Of a stretch of DNA of 64,000 bases, positions 36,151 through 49,961 are shown one piece after another. The stretch is taken from NCBI GenBank assembly GCA_030704615.1, contig CM060731.1:67456001-67520000 (forward strand), in the 5' to 3' direction. Position 1 is the first letter of the stretch. Every line of letters begins with the position of its first letter. The notes below the pieces were generated by a model. That model had not been told where the DNA came from. It did no database searches and saw nothing but the letters and a program-made list of their open reading frames with translations. This DNA is from Takakia lepidozioides. Its lineage: Eukaryota; Plantae; Bryophyta. The position numbers and the translations under genes were made by a program.

Positions 36151-37269
36151 TGGATGTAGGATTTTTGGGTGATGGGATTTCTCAATGCAAAACCCACCGC
36201 TTACTTAGTTTGTGCCCATATCACCAAGTATTTCTCAGTGCGAAATTCACCGCTGCCTAGTTTGTGCCCATATCACCAAGTATTTCGCAATGTGAAATTC
36301 ACTGCCGCCACTACAGGTGTAGGGTTTTTTGGCTACACTACTGAAGGTTTCACCTCCCTGAATTGGCGCAAATGTACTGCATAAAACTCCCATGACCGTG
36401 AGTTGTGTTCACGCGAGCGTGAGCGTGCTGGGCTATACCAACCCCCCTCCCAAACTAGTCGTCGGACCAATTTGGAATGTGGTTGCTCATCGGGGCATAA
36501 TGGTCCCCCTCTCGTGACCCTCAACCCACTTGAGTGAGTGGAAATCTCTATGGTTGAAGGTAGTCTAGAATAACTCTCTACGTTTGGTCGTTTTCCGGTT
36601 CACTCGCTTGCTTCACTATCTTTGGTCGCTTAATGTGCTTGCACCATTCTCCGGTTACTACTGCCTTATATGTACTTGCATGACTGTCGGCATAGGTCTC
36701 ACAAGCAACCTACGTCCTGTTGGGTGCACCGCCACGTTGACCCTCCATTCCTCCTTATCAGTCACGGTGAGACTCGGCCCCTCTACAACGAAACATGGTT
36801 TTTATGACTGTGGATTTGCCATACTGGAAGGTGCATGAAATCCCTCCCCCTTCACTCACTTTCTTTCACACGGGGGAAGCTCGCGGTAATCCTTGGCCGT
36901 CTCTCTCGATTCTTAGCACGCGGTTGCACTTGAGCAGGTAGCCCAGTGGTTGGGTGTTTGTGCCTTGCCTCTGCATAACCTAGGTGATCCTGGTATCAAT
37001 CATTAAACATGTGCCTTCAGACCGTCCATTGGGCCCTCGATGGCCTGTGTGTTGAGCAGTAGGCTCTGTAAATTCACTGGACGTTAAAGAATCTTTATCT
37101 TATCTTTATCTTTCACATTGGGGCTGTGTGGAATTATATTTACTATCGGGAGTCCTTCCACCAACTCCTAAGTGAGTCTAACTACTATGCAGTAAATGTT
37201 GAAGTCATACACCTCACTGTGGAGAGGATTGTGCAGTTTTTGAAAGCAGAACGTAGTAACATGGACAAC

Positions 37270-37480
37270 TTCTGCCACATATTCTACTATTTTTGCCCAT
37301 GGAACTTGGTCTCATGGGAGGACATTTGGCATTGCATGACCTGTTGCAACGGTACCTCTTGGACCTCATGCATTGTTAGAAGAAATTTTGCGAGAACATT
37401 CTGAAGACGATCTTTGGGGAGAATGATATGATAAATGTACGAAATGACATGGAGATTGAAGGGATACGGCCACATTTGGG
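37270..37480 (+). mobile_element. CACTA transposase fragment in opposite orientation
   Basis: HDLLQRYLLDLMHC..FCENILKTIFGEND..VRNDMEIEGIRPHL (DxMHxEKN-region motif). Confidence 0.7.
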
Positions 37481-39718
37481 TGGGGGCTTGAAAAGTGACA
37501 TATTCATCTTTTTAGCCACAATGTGATTGCTTCTAAGGCGGAATTTCGCAGTGCGAAATTATCCATGGGAGAATTGTTTTTTTTTTTTTTTTAAATTTTA
37601 AAGCAAAGGAAAGGACCTTAAAGTTGAGGTGAAGCCTCACCGCCCACTCTCCCGCCTCTTATGGAGAAAAAGCCACGCCTATAGGGTAACATGTTCATCA
37701 GGTATAGGGGCTACTTGTTCTTTATGTGTTAGTTTCGCATAATTGTTAATTTCGTCAATTTCATTTCGCTGTGAAAATTTTCCGAAAATTTCCCGGTAAT
37801 TCGGGGAATATGCCCTTGTGCTCTTGGCGTGAGCAGCTATCCAACCTCGTTTGGGAATTAGGCCCGCACACTAAAAACGAGTAACTATGACTTAAGGGGA
37901 GTTTCCAAAGTGAGGTGTACATCTGCACCCAGGCTTCATCGGAATTTTTAAAAAAAAAATTGAACAGGGGACAATGACCCTATTAAATTTTATTAATAAT
38001 CAACGGAAATTGGAAATGAACAAGTAGTTGTTAACCCCTAAAGGACGACGCGACCCCAATCGAGTCGTGTCAGATTACTTGCCACGCTCCAGTTCCCATG
38101 GATGATAATGGATGGAAGTGAACCCTGAAGAGGAATGTAGATGTCAGAGAGGAGCACATGTGGGAATTACAGCGCCAAAAAATCATAAAAGCTCTGCTCC
38201 CTAGAATTTTGCAAAGTGCCAGGGTTTCAGGAAATCCAGTGTTAGAGCACCATTGACTTGCCTACGTGGCAGCCAAATGGACAATCTTCAAGATAACATT
38301 TAGGGCGGAAAATTTGTCATGATGCCAAAAAATTTGGACAAGGCACCATGAAACGTTACTGTGCACTTACTTACCAGAGGAAAACAAATGTCACCTCATG
38401 GGTGTACATGGGAAAGAAGCCGTTCTCCTTAGGCTGGGCAATAGCCACCTACAGTAGGTTTTGGAGTATTATCTGTGATTTGTTGAGTGTCATGTGGATG
38501 GGTGATTTACGCCCCAGATTTCACATACAAAGCAGTCAATTTTTGGAATTTTGGTCTGATTTTTTGGGGAGGCAGTAGTTTAGGTGCCATATAAGAGGGC
38601 CTTTGTCTAGAAAGATTCAACTCGATACTTCAATTTTGTGGTCAAACAATTTTTTCCATGCAATTTTGAATATATTTACAAATTGGGGCAAAAAAAGAGG
38701 TGGACGCGTTGCCGAAGCAAGTGGTGTCACTTGACCCCAAATTGGGGCATATTAGTTTGTGGCAAGTAATAGAAGAGGCCCTGGAGTTTAATGTGCCATC
38801 GGCGGGGCTGCCTACGTGGCCCTCCCCCACCCCCCTTGGCGGCAACGCCGCGGCCTGCAGTCGCCGTGATTGGGCTTCCTGTCTCCCCCGCCCGGCCTCC
38901 GTCCCCTGTGAGGCCGTCACCCACGTAATACATGAAACGGTTTTACTTCAACTGTATTACCACGATGCATGCATCCATATGTGAAGGTTGTCATACATGC
39001 ATGCGTCGTCCTACATGTATGCATGTCTGCTCATACATGCATTGTTCATAATTGCATACAGATTAGGATGTGATCGTGCTTTGCGGAAGTGATTGTCAGC
39101 TGCTTACAGAGACGCTGAAGGCGACGCTTCGTATGCGAGGGAACATCTCTCCTCAACCACGTCGCTTGAATTGTGCCACCGTCTCTATCGATGCCGTAGT
39201 GCGTGTTCTGGAAACATCATGTGTAGACGTTGTGGCAAGTTCAGTGAAAGATATGCCCTGCATGAAGGCGCTTTCGGAGGCGGTTCTCAGCAGCGTCAGT
39301 CTTTCCTGTTTCATGTTTCTCATTTGCTTTGGTTACACACCCTTCGCCCTCTTTTTTCATGTAAGTAGCGCTTGGATCTTGTGCAACACGATTCGGCAGG
39401 AAGTGTACGTATACCGAAACACCTTCCTTTCATTTGCTTTGCTGCGCGACTGCTTTTCTCATGCTCGGGATCTTCTGTTGATCTGCCTATATCAATTTCG
39501 TGTTGCAGGTGAAGCTAGAAGGCCTCCATAAGTCTGTCTTAATGTGAGTTTTGTGGATTTTTTTACATTGTCGCATTGTGTTCCCATTGGCATTGTGTTG
39601 CCAATGTCTTGCTCTTCCCTCCAATGCATTCTTCGTGTGCCAAATGCATGGCTTCTTTCGGTTATGCGAGATGGTGGCGACCAGAATGGAAATGGCTTAT
39701 ACTTCGTTGTGAGGGCCC

Positions 39719-42700
39719 ATGTTAGTACCCATTCGCACTCTCAGTTTGTGCCTTAACATGAACGTCGGCTTCTTCAGGGCAGGAGTGGTCTACGCTGTCT
39801 ACCTGTACTTCCGAAATGGTGAAAAAATCCACCATGCTCGAAGCGCGCGGGTATACCATGAGGAATATGATACTGATGAGTGGGAAGCACTGATTGGCGA
39901 GGCTCACACGAGGGCAAGGATTGATGAACCCGGGGATAATAACAGGAAGCCGTTCATATGTATCTACTGTAAACAGGTGTATAAAGACAAAAAAAAATTA
40001 AACATTCACAGGATAAATGGGTGTGCTGATGTTGGGAAGGGTAGGGCTAAGCTAAAAATGTACCCTGTGTTTGAAGCCGGTCAGAGGGCGTTGATGGAGA
40101 CTGTTCTGAAGGACCATGGGCATCTGCCGCGCAAAAACTCGCGGGCGAAGGTGGGCCGGGATGACAGTGGGGGTGAAGACGAATTTCAGCCAGAAATGAA
40201 GCGGAGGAGGCATTTGCGGCTACCAGCTAAGGACTCCCATGTACCTCTTCAAGCGGGGGACTTGGCAATGGACGAGGAAACTATCATGTTGCCAGACCCA
40301 CCAACGAGGACACATACAGAGGCACCAACTCTGGATCAGTTGATCAAGTCTGCTTTGCTTCAATCCACGACTAGAGAAGAGGCCAAACAAGCCTTTGTGG
40401 CAGCTTCTCTGATACTGAAATCTGACATTGTCGTGCCCCCCAAACCTGCACCTGTTGCACGCCCAGGTCTCAGCTACCTCATGGACTACAATTTGTTGCC
40501 TAATGGGTTCCCTTCACCTGACAATCCCTGCTTTTTAGAAAGTCTTGCTCCACTTGTGGGGAGCACGGAATTCGCTAATAGTATGATGGGTAAAGCGTAT
40601 GGTCAATGGTTCGTCCGACGCATGGTAATACCTCTTCTAATCCTCTCCTGCACTGACCGCCCTCTTTTTTCTGTCATACATGTTTTTCCATCTGGGAGCA
40701 CGCATTTAAGTCTGTGGAATGGTCATGTTCTCCTGCATTTGTATTCCAGCATCTATATTGTAAGGTTGTTCCTCTTGGAGGCACATGTATACGCATGTAG
40801 CTGAAGCCCGTGGTGTTCTCTTCACCATGCACATTGGTGTGAGAATATTGTCATTTACAACTCAGGATCTGCAACACCATTGTCTTATATGCATTTGAAT
40901 TTGAACAGATTGTTTTGCATGGGTTTTGTTTTCATGCATTGTAATGTGCCTGTTTGGATTGCTTTTCTGTCCATGACCTTCATTATGGGAGGGGTCTGTT
41001 CTAATGTCAGTACAAATCTGTTTCATGGTGTGGTAGCAGCATGATGCACCACCGCAGGAGGAGGCACTTCTTTGCAAGACATTGGCGTGCTTTTCAATAC
41101 GTCCTGGTTTTACTCCTGACCATGTAGCTCAATATGCTAACATAATACATGAGAGTAAATGGGGCTGGTCCCCACTTTTCAAAATTATCAAGGCGGGTGA
41201 CATCCCAGAGCTCTCAAATAATATGTTTACACATTCGCGGGAGGAAGCCCACATGCTCATGGCCATTTTGGCAGGAAGTCGAAACACAACACCACCTCCG
41301 AAAACACCGCAGTTCATGCGGGTGTTGCGTCTCATTTGGATGTGTCACGTTCAGAAGACAATTCCCCTGTCCACACCAAGGAACTCTGTGTTGCGCGACC
41401 TCCTCCACCAACTTCTAGACACACCCGAGGGTCACGTGGCCATTACAAATGCAGCCAATAATTTTCTTGAGATTGGATACTTTCTATGTGGTTGCATGGC
41501 ACCATACGAGCAGGCTCGAAGGGAGGTGCTGGACTCTGTGGTAGACCTTCTGGAGAGACATAAAGACGACCAAGACCGCGCCATACAGTCGGTGCAGGCT
41601 TTTATGCAGCAAGTCAGATGCAGGACTATCCGTGACCTTGCCATTGTTAATTGTACAGCTTTTGAGGTCTTGTGGTGTGCAGGGGGACAACCAAGAATGG
41701 GGGTTGATAAAGCCATCCTTGAATTTACTGAAATGTTGAGGTATCGCGAGGACTTGGACATCGGGTGGCTTCCTTGACCACCAGGTATGTCATTACAATG
41801 CTTTCGAATGTCCACGCTGCAAGATTTCATTGAATTAGCAAATAATATTGTCCACCATGTTGTCATGTGCTGAATCCATCCTTAACCTAGCCTCATGTGC
41901 AACATCTGCTTTGGATGTGTGCAGGCAGCTTCGACTATGGTGAATCCCCGGTGTTGCAAGCTTTGAAAAATTTGGAACACAGTGTAGATGCTCTCATCAC
42001 GGCCAGGCAGGGGGTGGCTGAAGCATTTTTTGCAAAAGCGGGTGGTGATGTTGGCAAGTGGGCTATCATCCACCGACCGCATACATCACCCATCACAGCA
42101 ACAACCGCACACCTTGTAGACATCCCCGCGAATGCAAATATCGCAACACTGTGCAATGCTGCTGAGCTTGCCACCAAATCCATGCCTCAGTCAGAAAATG
42201 AAGAACATGAGGTGCAGCAGGCAGTGGAAACAGGTCCTCTGTGTCCCAGGACTGCAGGCATGCCCTCAGAGGGCAATACTGATGACCTTGCATCCACAAC
42301 CAACGGTGGGAAAGCGATTGTGTGCCGGTCTGATGATGAGGCATCACGACTTCTGAGCCACCTCCCCGAACACAATGTGCCATCTGCTGAAGTCTGTGCC
42401 GACCTTCTATGTCCGGAAACAGGCACCCTGACTCAACTTGAAATGGACTTGTCTTGCAGTCAGGTATTCCCTATGGGATCTTTCACTTCATCACATAACT
42501 TTGTGAGTCCTCCCCCCATTTCTGTCCGAGATCCCACTGATGAGGGTGTAATTGTGCCTGCAGTAACCAATGTCGGGTCGCCCAGAACCCCTCATGGTGA
42601 ACTGCTTGAACAGTATGATACGCAACATTGGCACATTATGGCCTTGCCCTCCCCCCTTCGTCGTTTCAAGATGATTTTTGATGGTCTGAATACTCCGAAC

Positions 42701-44268
42701 AACACATATGCCACGGCACAATTTGATGGTGATGTGCATGGGAGTGTGCACAAAGTACCTAAATGCTCTCGCTCTGTTACATTTGCCAATCTCATTGCCA
42801 CCCATACCACTCCACTTGCCAGCGCAGACAATCCTCCGCTATGTCAACTTCCATCCACCGATAATCAAGTAGTTGCAGCCCGTAAGAAAAAATCATTGTC
42901 CAGGTATGCATTTGCATTCGTTGCACATGCACATGTTTCTTTGGCCCATAAAATGTAACTGTCATGCAGATTGTGCTGTTGTCATAATGCACTGTGTTCG
43001 TGGATGCGCAGAATTCATGAGGCGATGGAAAACGTGATGTGAGTTCAACGCCCGTGCACCCTTCTTTATAGTAAATCTTATGGTATACCTTCAACCCTGT
43101 TTGAAACTGCAGTGTATGCTTACATTGTCCATGCAGCCACTTGACATGCTCTGTGGGGTCTGTTCAGGATTTGCTGTGGTGCAGTGGTGAGCAAGACTAC
43201 GGACGTCTGGTTCTTCCAAGATTCATTGTCCCCTCATATCCCTCTTAGACTAGAAGATGCAAATGATCTGGTGGATGAAAGGGGTTGGACAAGTGACCGT
43301 GTGATGGACTTTTGGGTTGATTGCAAAAAATTGTCCCTTCCACATAATGTGTACAGTAAAATTCGTGTGCTAGACATCTTCGCCTGGATGTGTCTTCGCA
43401 CCCATTGCAAGAAATTTGGAAACGGAGTCAGCTCCATATAGGCTTGGGGTGGACACAAGGTTCCCTACCCTTGACTGTATTGGTGTCGAAAGTGCTGTGT
43501 CCCTGTTATATTTAAGTGAGTTTTCTCCATTTAACCTGCCTCTGTTCCTACCACTTTCGTGCATATGGGTTCTATTTCATGCACATCCTGATGAAGACTA
43601 AGCTGAAGGTGTGAATGTTTTGTGTAGCAACCACTGGAGTGTTCTTATTTTGGAACACGAGCGCTACCTTCACTTCAATAGCACTAAAAACCTGCATAAA
43701 CACAATATGTTGAAGCCTTTGTTTGCAAGAGTGTGGGTTGTACTGTGAGGATTATACCCTCCAAACCCAAAGTGGACAGAGGCCTCACACCCAAAGCGGT
43801 GGGTGACCCCCCCTGTGCCCCAGCAAGTCTCCAACTGGGAGTGTGGCATGTTTACTGCTCATTACATTGATGTGTACTTGGAGGAAACATTTGTCAACCC
43901 AAAACCAGGTGGCGCATGCCCGGTAAGCACACTCTTCCAATACTGTAATATAGATGCTTTGCTTGTTGAAGTGCTCATGGCCATTGCTTTCAACGTGCTT
44001 CCCCTACTATAGTTTTGTGGTACAGTTTCTCAGTGTGGGAACTTGTTTGCAGCTGAACCTGCAATGGTTCCCCGTTGAGGCTGCTTTGAAAAAGAGAGGG
44101 AACATTCGCAATTTGGTTATGGCAGAATTGGAGGGTGGAGGAGGACATGGCCTCCCATACGCACGACCACCATATGTTAGAGTTCCTAAAGACCCTATGC
44201 AACCTGCTGTCCACCTTTCGCAGCCTAGGACCAGAACTCGGAACAGTTGTCACAGCAAACTGAAATGA
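39719..44268 (+). CDS. MULE-borne multi-exon gene: N-terminal zinc finger and C-terminal Ulp1-like (peptidase C48) domain; some lesions
   Basis: FICIYCKQVYKDKKKLNIHRINGC, plus coding blocks at 41040-41780 and 41925-42903. The C48-like part reads GWTSDRVMDFW, NHWSVLIL..YLHFNS and VPQQVSNWECGMF (43628-43922, with one TGA). The exon structure is approximate. Confidence 0.7.
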
Positions 44269-44463
44269 AAAGTTTTGTCTTGTCATTGCAATGCTCAATT
44301 TTATTCTATACACTATCCTGACATGCCTACAATGATGTGCATCATTGTGAAAATTCTTCATGTGATTCTTAACTGAAGCAAACAACACAACACTGTTTTC
44401 TTGCATTGCATTCTCACTCACACAAGTTCACATTGTATGCACCCTGTGAACTTGCATATAAGA

Positions 44464-44928
44464 CTACCCATCGACAAGCCAGTCGTACTCATATGCATAG
44501 TCCATTGACGGTAAAAATGGATACACCGCTCGAATGTCATCTTCTGTTAGGATATTAAATATAATACATGCCAAAGTTTTACGCTCCACCCTCCAACACC
44601 TGCGATATGTTGCACAATGGTGGATCAATGTATCGTAAGGTCCCCGATGGCTGCCGTTAGGATTTGTGTAGTGATACATGCATACAGGGCAGCGTGCATG
44701 GGGTCTTACGATGAATTCCCATGCAACATGGTTCCTCTCAAAAAAAGCAGCCCACCGCTTGTGCATGTTCACCCGACGTGCAAGTGTTTGTGGACCATAC
44801 CACTCGAAGGTTCGCGCAACGTATTCCAAGACACATGTCTCTCCAACCCCCATGTCTAATGCACATTGCCTTTCATTCACATAATCCCAAGGATTAAATT
44901 CCTCCTCTCCTTCATGTTCAAGTGCCAT
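44464..44928 (-). CDS. Hypothetical MULE cargo protein (154-aa ORF, Cys/His motif)
   Basis: Open frame with protein-like composition and a CPVC..HHC motif. No family recognised. Confidence 0.4.
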   Translation of the reverse strand: MALEHEGEEEFNPWDYVNERQCALDMGVGETCVLEYVARTFEWYGPQTLARRVNMHKRWAAFFERNHVAWEFIVRPHARCPVCMYHYTNPNGSHRGPYDTLIHHCATYRRCWRVERKTLACIIFNILTEDDIRAVYPFLPSMDYAYEYDWLVDG

Positions 44929-46539
44929 GCAATAAGGGGTTCACTATATGAATGACCAAGGATAAGAGTACGCATCACTATCAAGGATGCCCACTGCCAT
45001 AAGAACCCAAATGGCATACATGCACCCCAAGTAATCTGAAGCCCCATCATGAGGCAAGGCACTGCTTCTTCAACCTGAATCTCTCATGGAGTCACCGACG
45101 GATGCATCGTTCAACATCTCAATGACGTTTTGTACATGCTGCCCTTTTACATGTATACGTTGTGTGTCCTTTCATCATTCTCATGCACATTCATGCATAA
45201 CAGATCGTGCTGCAAGTTACACATTGCGGGGAGTTGCGTATGCTCATTCTACAGAGGGGAAGCATTGGACGTCCATCGATGTCACATTTTCCAAGACTCA
45301 GAAGGGCCCAAGAAAACATGAACCCTTACACAAAAGGTTGCCTCCACCAAAAACACTTCCTCGAAGTATAGTACAACAGGAAGAGTAAGGAAATGACATT
45401 CATGATGAGGAGGATAACGTCAACATGGTTCTGGAAATTTGAAACACATGAGCAGCAAACACAGAGTCCACTCTTACAATTCCACATTACGTAACAAAGG
45501 CATTGTCACTGGCCTTGCCTACTTCCCCCCTTTGTCGTTACACCAAATCCTCCACACGAACATGATGTAATTTTGGACACACTCCGTCAATCCACAACTG
45601 AAGACATTCCACATCTGGTTTTTAGCACGGCAGACAAACCTGGGCTCACCCTAAGGGCTGCGAGATTCTGAAATACGTCATCGATATCAGAAACCTCCAC
45701 AATGTCGGTTTTGTCCATTAGGAAAGCCTCAGTTGCGGTCATGCCGAGTGACCAAGGAACACTGCCAGGGCCTTTATGGTAATTACGGTGTGGTGAAAAC
45801 ATGGTGTTGACTTCCAATTAGTGTTGATGTAAAAGTGTCATGTTCAAATATGACCACGTTGTGGATACATAGCAATACTTATTGTGCATGGGGTGCACGG
45901 ACTTGTGCATGATAAGGGAAGAGGATCTTACTTGATGACTGAAGATGTCCATTAATTTGTTTCAGTTTATAGGGGAGTGCTAATGCACGTTACAAACTGA
46001 TCCTCAACTGACATGAAATCTGGTCGAATGTGAAACAAAGGCTTACTTGGTGACTGAAATTGTACATTATAATGTACGTTTATGATGGAGTGCCGGTGCA
46101 TGTTTGAAAACAAACTCTGAATTGAGATGAAAGAGGTCCACATTATGTTGCTAACAAAGACGTTGAACATGTAAACCCTGCCGTCCAGAGCATAGTCCAT
46201 AGCATGTGGATTGAAGAGCGGGGAGTATAATCCCTTCAAAACAGCAGAGGCATCAGTCAATACAAATTGTGATTGTAGGGAGAGTACCTAACACATAATT
46301 TCAAAATTACGGAACTATATGAGAGCTCACATGCCAGGACAAGGCATATATGTGCGCACGCATCCAACAGTTTCCATCTCCCCTGCTGAGAGGTGGCATC
46401 ATTGTCCCTGCACAGTGAAATGGTCGAAGTCATGCTGTCAGTGGATCTGCATCAGGATTGTACTTTTACAAACTGAATTTCAGGAAGTGTAGGGCAGTAC
46501 CTTCATGCCTTTCACCCTGTATATAGCCTCTTCCTTGTC

Positions 46540-49500
46540 CTACAATCTGCGGGTGCGGGCCTGCCATTGTGATTGTGCCCATGCCTCTCCAAAAAGTCTT
46601 TGAAGTTGCTGGAGGAAGTCATTTTTCTGTGTCAATTCAAGAATACTCTGCCATTCTGTAGAAATTGAGGCCATGAGGTTAATATGCAAGGGACTTCCAT
46701 GAAGAGGGTTTTTTACAGACATAGAAGGGGATTTCAAATTTGGAGGAGTTAGACCACATGGAGGGGAGGGGGATTGTGAACCTGTCACCAAATTCTGAAG
46801 GCCACCTTTTGATGTGCCCATGAGAGATCCACAGAATTTTGCAATGAGCCCATCTTCGAGATGAAGGTGCAACATCTTCAAAACCTTGACTTGGTGTGCA
46901 CACATATTGCCTTTCAGGGCCCAAGGGCAATCACAGCAAGCCCACTTTGAGTCGGGATTGTGAACTATGAACGTGTCACCCAAATGTCAATGACATTCAA
47001 CTTTTGCGGGGCCTCCGGGTGTATCGGGCAGAGTCACGTTCTCATCAGGAATGTGTTTGGCAAGCAATATGGAACTACAAATCCCTCTTGCCGCTTGTTT
47101 CGAACAAATCCATAAGCCTTCGCATGAGACATGTACCAATAATGGGTAAGGACCAATGTTGGACCGATATCATCAACATTTCATACCAGCCATGATATGG
47201 TATTGTCGGTGAAGAGGCCGCATTCATACCTGGCAGGTAATGGTATCAAGGTAGGTATTAAGCTTTTTTATGTACCAGTCTGGTATGTATATTGTTTTTG
47301 TTTGGCTTGGTATGGTATGGTATCAGTATTTCAAATTTCAAATCTTATACTGGGGTAATACCAATACTGGTATCAATACAGTTATTTATTATTTATTATT
47401 TATTTTTCAACTGAAAAATAAAAATCTGTCCAAATTATACCGCTGAGGTGATCACTTCAGCGGCTGAGTGTCGCAATTCATAATAACAAGGAGTTGGATC
47501 ACACCTTAGGTGATTTGAGGTCACCTTACAAGAGCCATATTACAGGCTGATAAATGAGACAATGCTCCAATGGCAAAATCAGAGCCCCCAAAATCGCCAT
47601 TTAGATCGTCTCAATCAAAGAGCCGCAACTCTCCATTGCTGCACCCTAAACCCCTAACACTCCACATATTGATACCTAGGGTGCAAGCGACGGCGGAAGA
47701 CATGGTACTGGTATCAACAAAGCTACGTTCCTTGCGATACCAGGCTGGTCTGGTAGGAGCCCAGGTATTAGCGTTATACTATATTGCCCCCAATATGTTC
47801 TGGCCAGGGTATTGCCAGTTGCTTATACCCGCCTGGTCTGGTACCCTGCTGCGATACCCTTACCTGTGCTGATACCCCGCCTCACCCCCATATACCGGTC
47901 CAACACTGGTAAGGACATCACCTGTCAATTCTGAGATGAGCCAGTCAACCCGCCTACTAGTATGGACACTTTTGGTACACTTCAGTTGCGCTTTAAGGTT
48001 CCCATGATAAGCTTCAAATGGCTGCATTAGTATCTTGAGAGGCATGGGGAATGTTCCGTGTTCCGGTGATCCACATTTTAGCTTTGGGAAGCCACTTGGT
48101 CTCCATGTAGTTGCAGAAATCAGTCTCAGAAGGATACTTCTCCCGCAATGAAATTATCTTGTATACTGCCCATGCCTCACCTGCATCCCCGGAGGTGTCT
48201 CGTCTGTCATACATGATTTGTGCAAGGTCCTGTAACACAGCCGCACGTACTGCTGCATCTTTGATCTTGCCGACTACATTCTTTTGCCAAGCTCGCCTCA
48301 TATGCCACAAGCACAGGAAAATTGCACAATCCCCCTACACACATCTGTTCCTTATCAGGTTCAAGTAGTATAAAACACATTTACATGCAAGCAATGACCA
48401 AGCAATTGTTTTGTAAAGTAGCAGGTACCTGATGGCTGCAATTTCTGCATCTGCATCATCGACAATAAATGCATTGGGGCGCCAGTCGACTTTCCTGGCT
48501 TTCATTTGGTCGTTCAGTGCCTCCATCCAAGGTTGCAGATCTTTGATTTTGCACCTAGCCATGATAATGTATGCGACTGGAATTCCATTCAGCCACTCAT
48601 CAAACACCATCATGGTGTACAATGGACATTGCAACAACAATAATGTAAAACAGATGTTACAAATTCTTTCATGCATATGGAATATACATGTTATGATGTA
48701 AAGTGCATTTGCAGGTCTTGTAATACACATTGCATCAGAATGAAGTTCATTTTTTTTTTTCATTTGTCCCGAAAGTTGCATCGCACGCCACTATTCGCGA
48801 ATGTCCATGGTTCACCATCTGTTTTTTCTGCCATTCGTTTTGTATGCCCAGCACAAATGGGAGGTCGAGTTTTCTATCATTGGAAGTCCATGCAGGGTGG
48901 TTCGATTCTTCTTGGTAGTAGAAAACACTATGTGGGTTGGCCTCCACCCACATGCGGACACTACGTGCATCATTTGAGTGTTTTTTGAATGTTTCTTCAT
49001 CACATTTGTTGGCAATATTCTGGATGTCCCATGAAAGGAGGAAAGTATCACGGTTGACCTCCAATCCAGCATCCATCATCTCCTTTACCCGCTGCGTGTG
49101 CTTCGCCATTATTTTGTTGATGCTTAGCCCTAACCGCAAGTTGTGCATTACCCATGCTTTCATGTCTTCACTGACGTGGGGAGCTAATGCAACACGTCCA
49201 GTTTCATGTGCAGGCCCATGATATATCTCTCTAGCTCCACTGACGTGTCTCTTCTCGTAATATACCAACTCTGCAATTTCAGGGTCAACATAGCATTGCT
49301 TCACTACAAACCGACATACACATCCCCTCTTTATGCCCTCCCCATATTTCGTTTTTGTGGTCCTCATTTGTTTTGCTCGTTGGCAGATCCCACAAGTCTT
49401 GGCTTTCTCCCCTTCTTCTTGGGAGGTCATGGTTTCCATTTCTTGGCTGCCATGGCGGAGGTTATCTCCAAGAGGGTAGTCGTCTTGTCCTTTGGCCCAT

Positions 49501-49961
49501 ATGAGCAGTGATACCTACGAAAGAAACCATGGTACATTACTCATACTGCAATGGAGCGACTCCAAGACTCATACAGCAAGGAGCCCCCAATGATGACACG
49601 AAATAGTACTGTATTACTTTGAGTTCACATAGTTTTACCTTGTTAGACTTAAGGCACTATTTGTGCGTGGAGCGAGGAGTGATCCATGTGGACAACCTCT
49701 TTGGCGATGTTTGCGGAAAGTGCATGGCCCATCGGGGCGAGATGATTCCCCAGTTATGAAATCATTCATACGACTCCATGGAATGTAGGCCACTGAAGCG
49801 TTGTCTTCACCGGGAGGGATACCATGCCATTGATAACGCCATTGTAAGACATTGTGATTGAAAGCACCTGCGTTCACAGATTGCACTTGATTTCGAAGAT
49901 TCGAAACAAGATGGGGGACAGCTTGGGGGATAAACTCTTCACTTCTGTCATGTACAGACAT
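46540..49961 (-). pseudogene. MULE transposase with SWIM finger, disrupted by a hAT MITE and a frameshift
   Basis: Exons ~49637-49961, 48756-49514 (YHCSYGP, KRGCVCRF, ACDATFGTN), 48429-48629 (FIVDDADAE) and 47909-48343 (CLWHMRRAW, TNAAI(E)AYH, RRVDWL). After the insertion come HYWY and CDCPWALKGNMCAHQ (SWIM). Confidence 0.92.
47154..47908. mobile_element. hAT-type non-autonomous element inserted in the MULE transposase
   Basis: TIRs are CAATGTTGGACCGATAT and ATACCGGTCCAACACTG. The 8-bp TSD GTAAGGAC is at 47146-47153 and 47909-47916. Confidence 0.92.

Noticed and set aside
36309-36345. CACTA terminal motifs
   Set aside because: No matching TAGTG end with a 3-bp TSD was identified.
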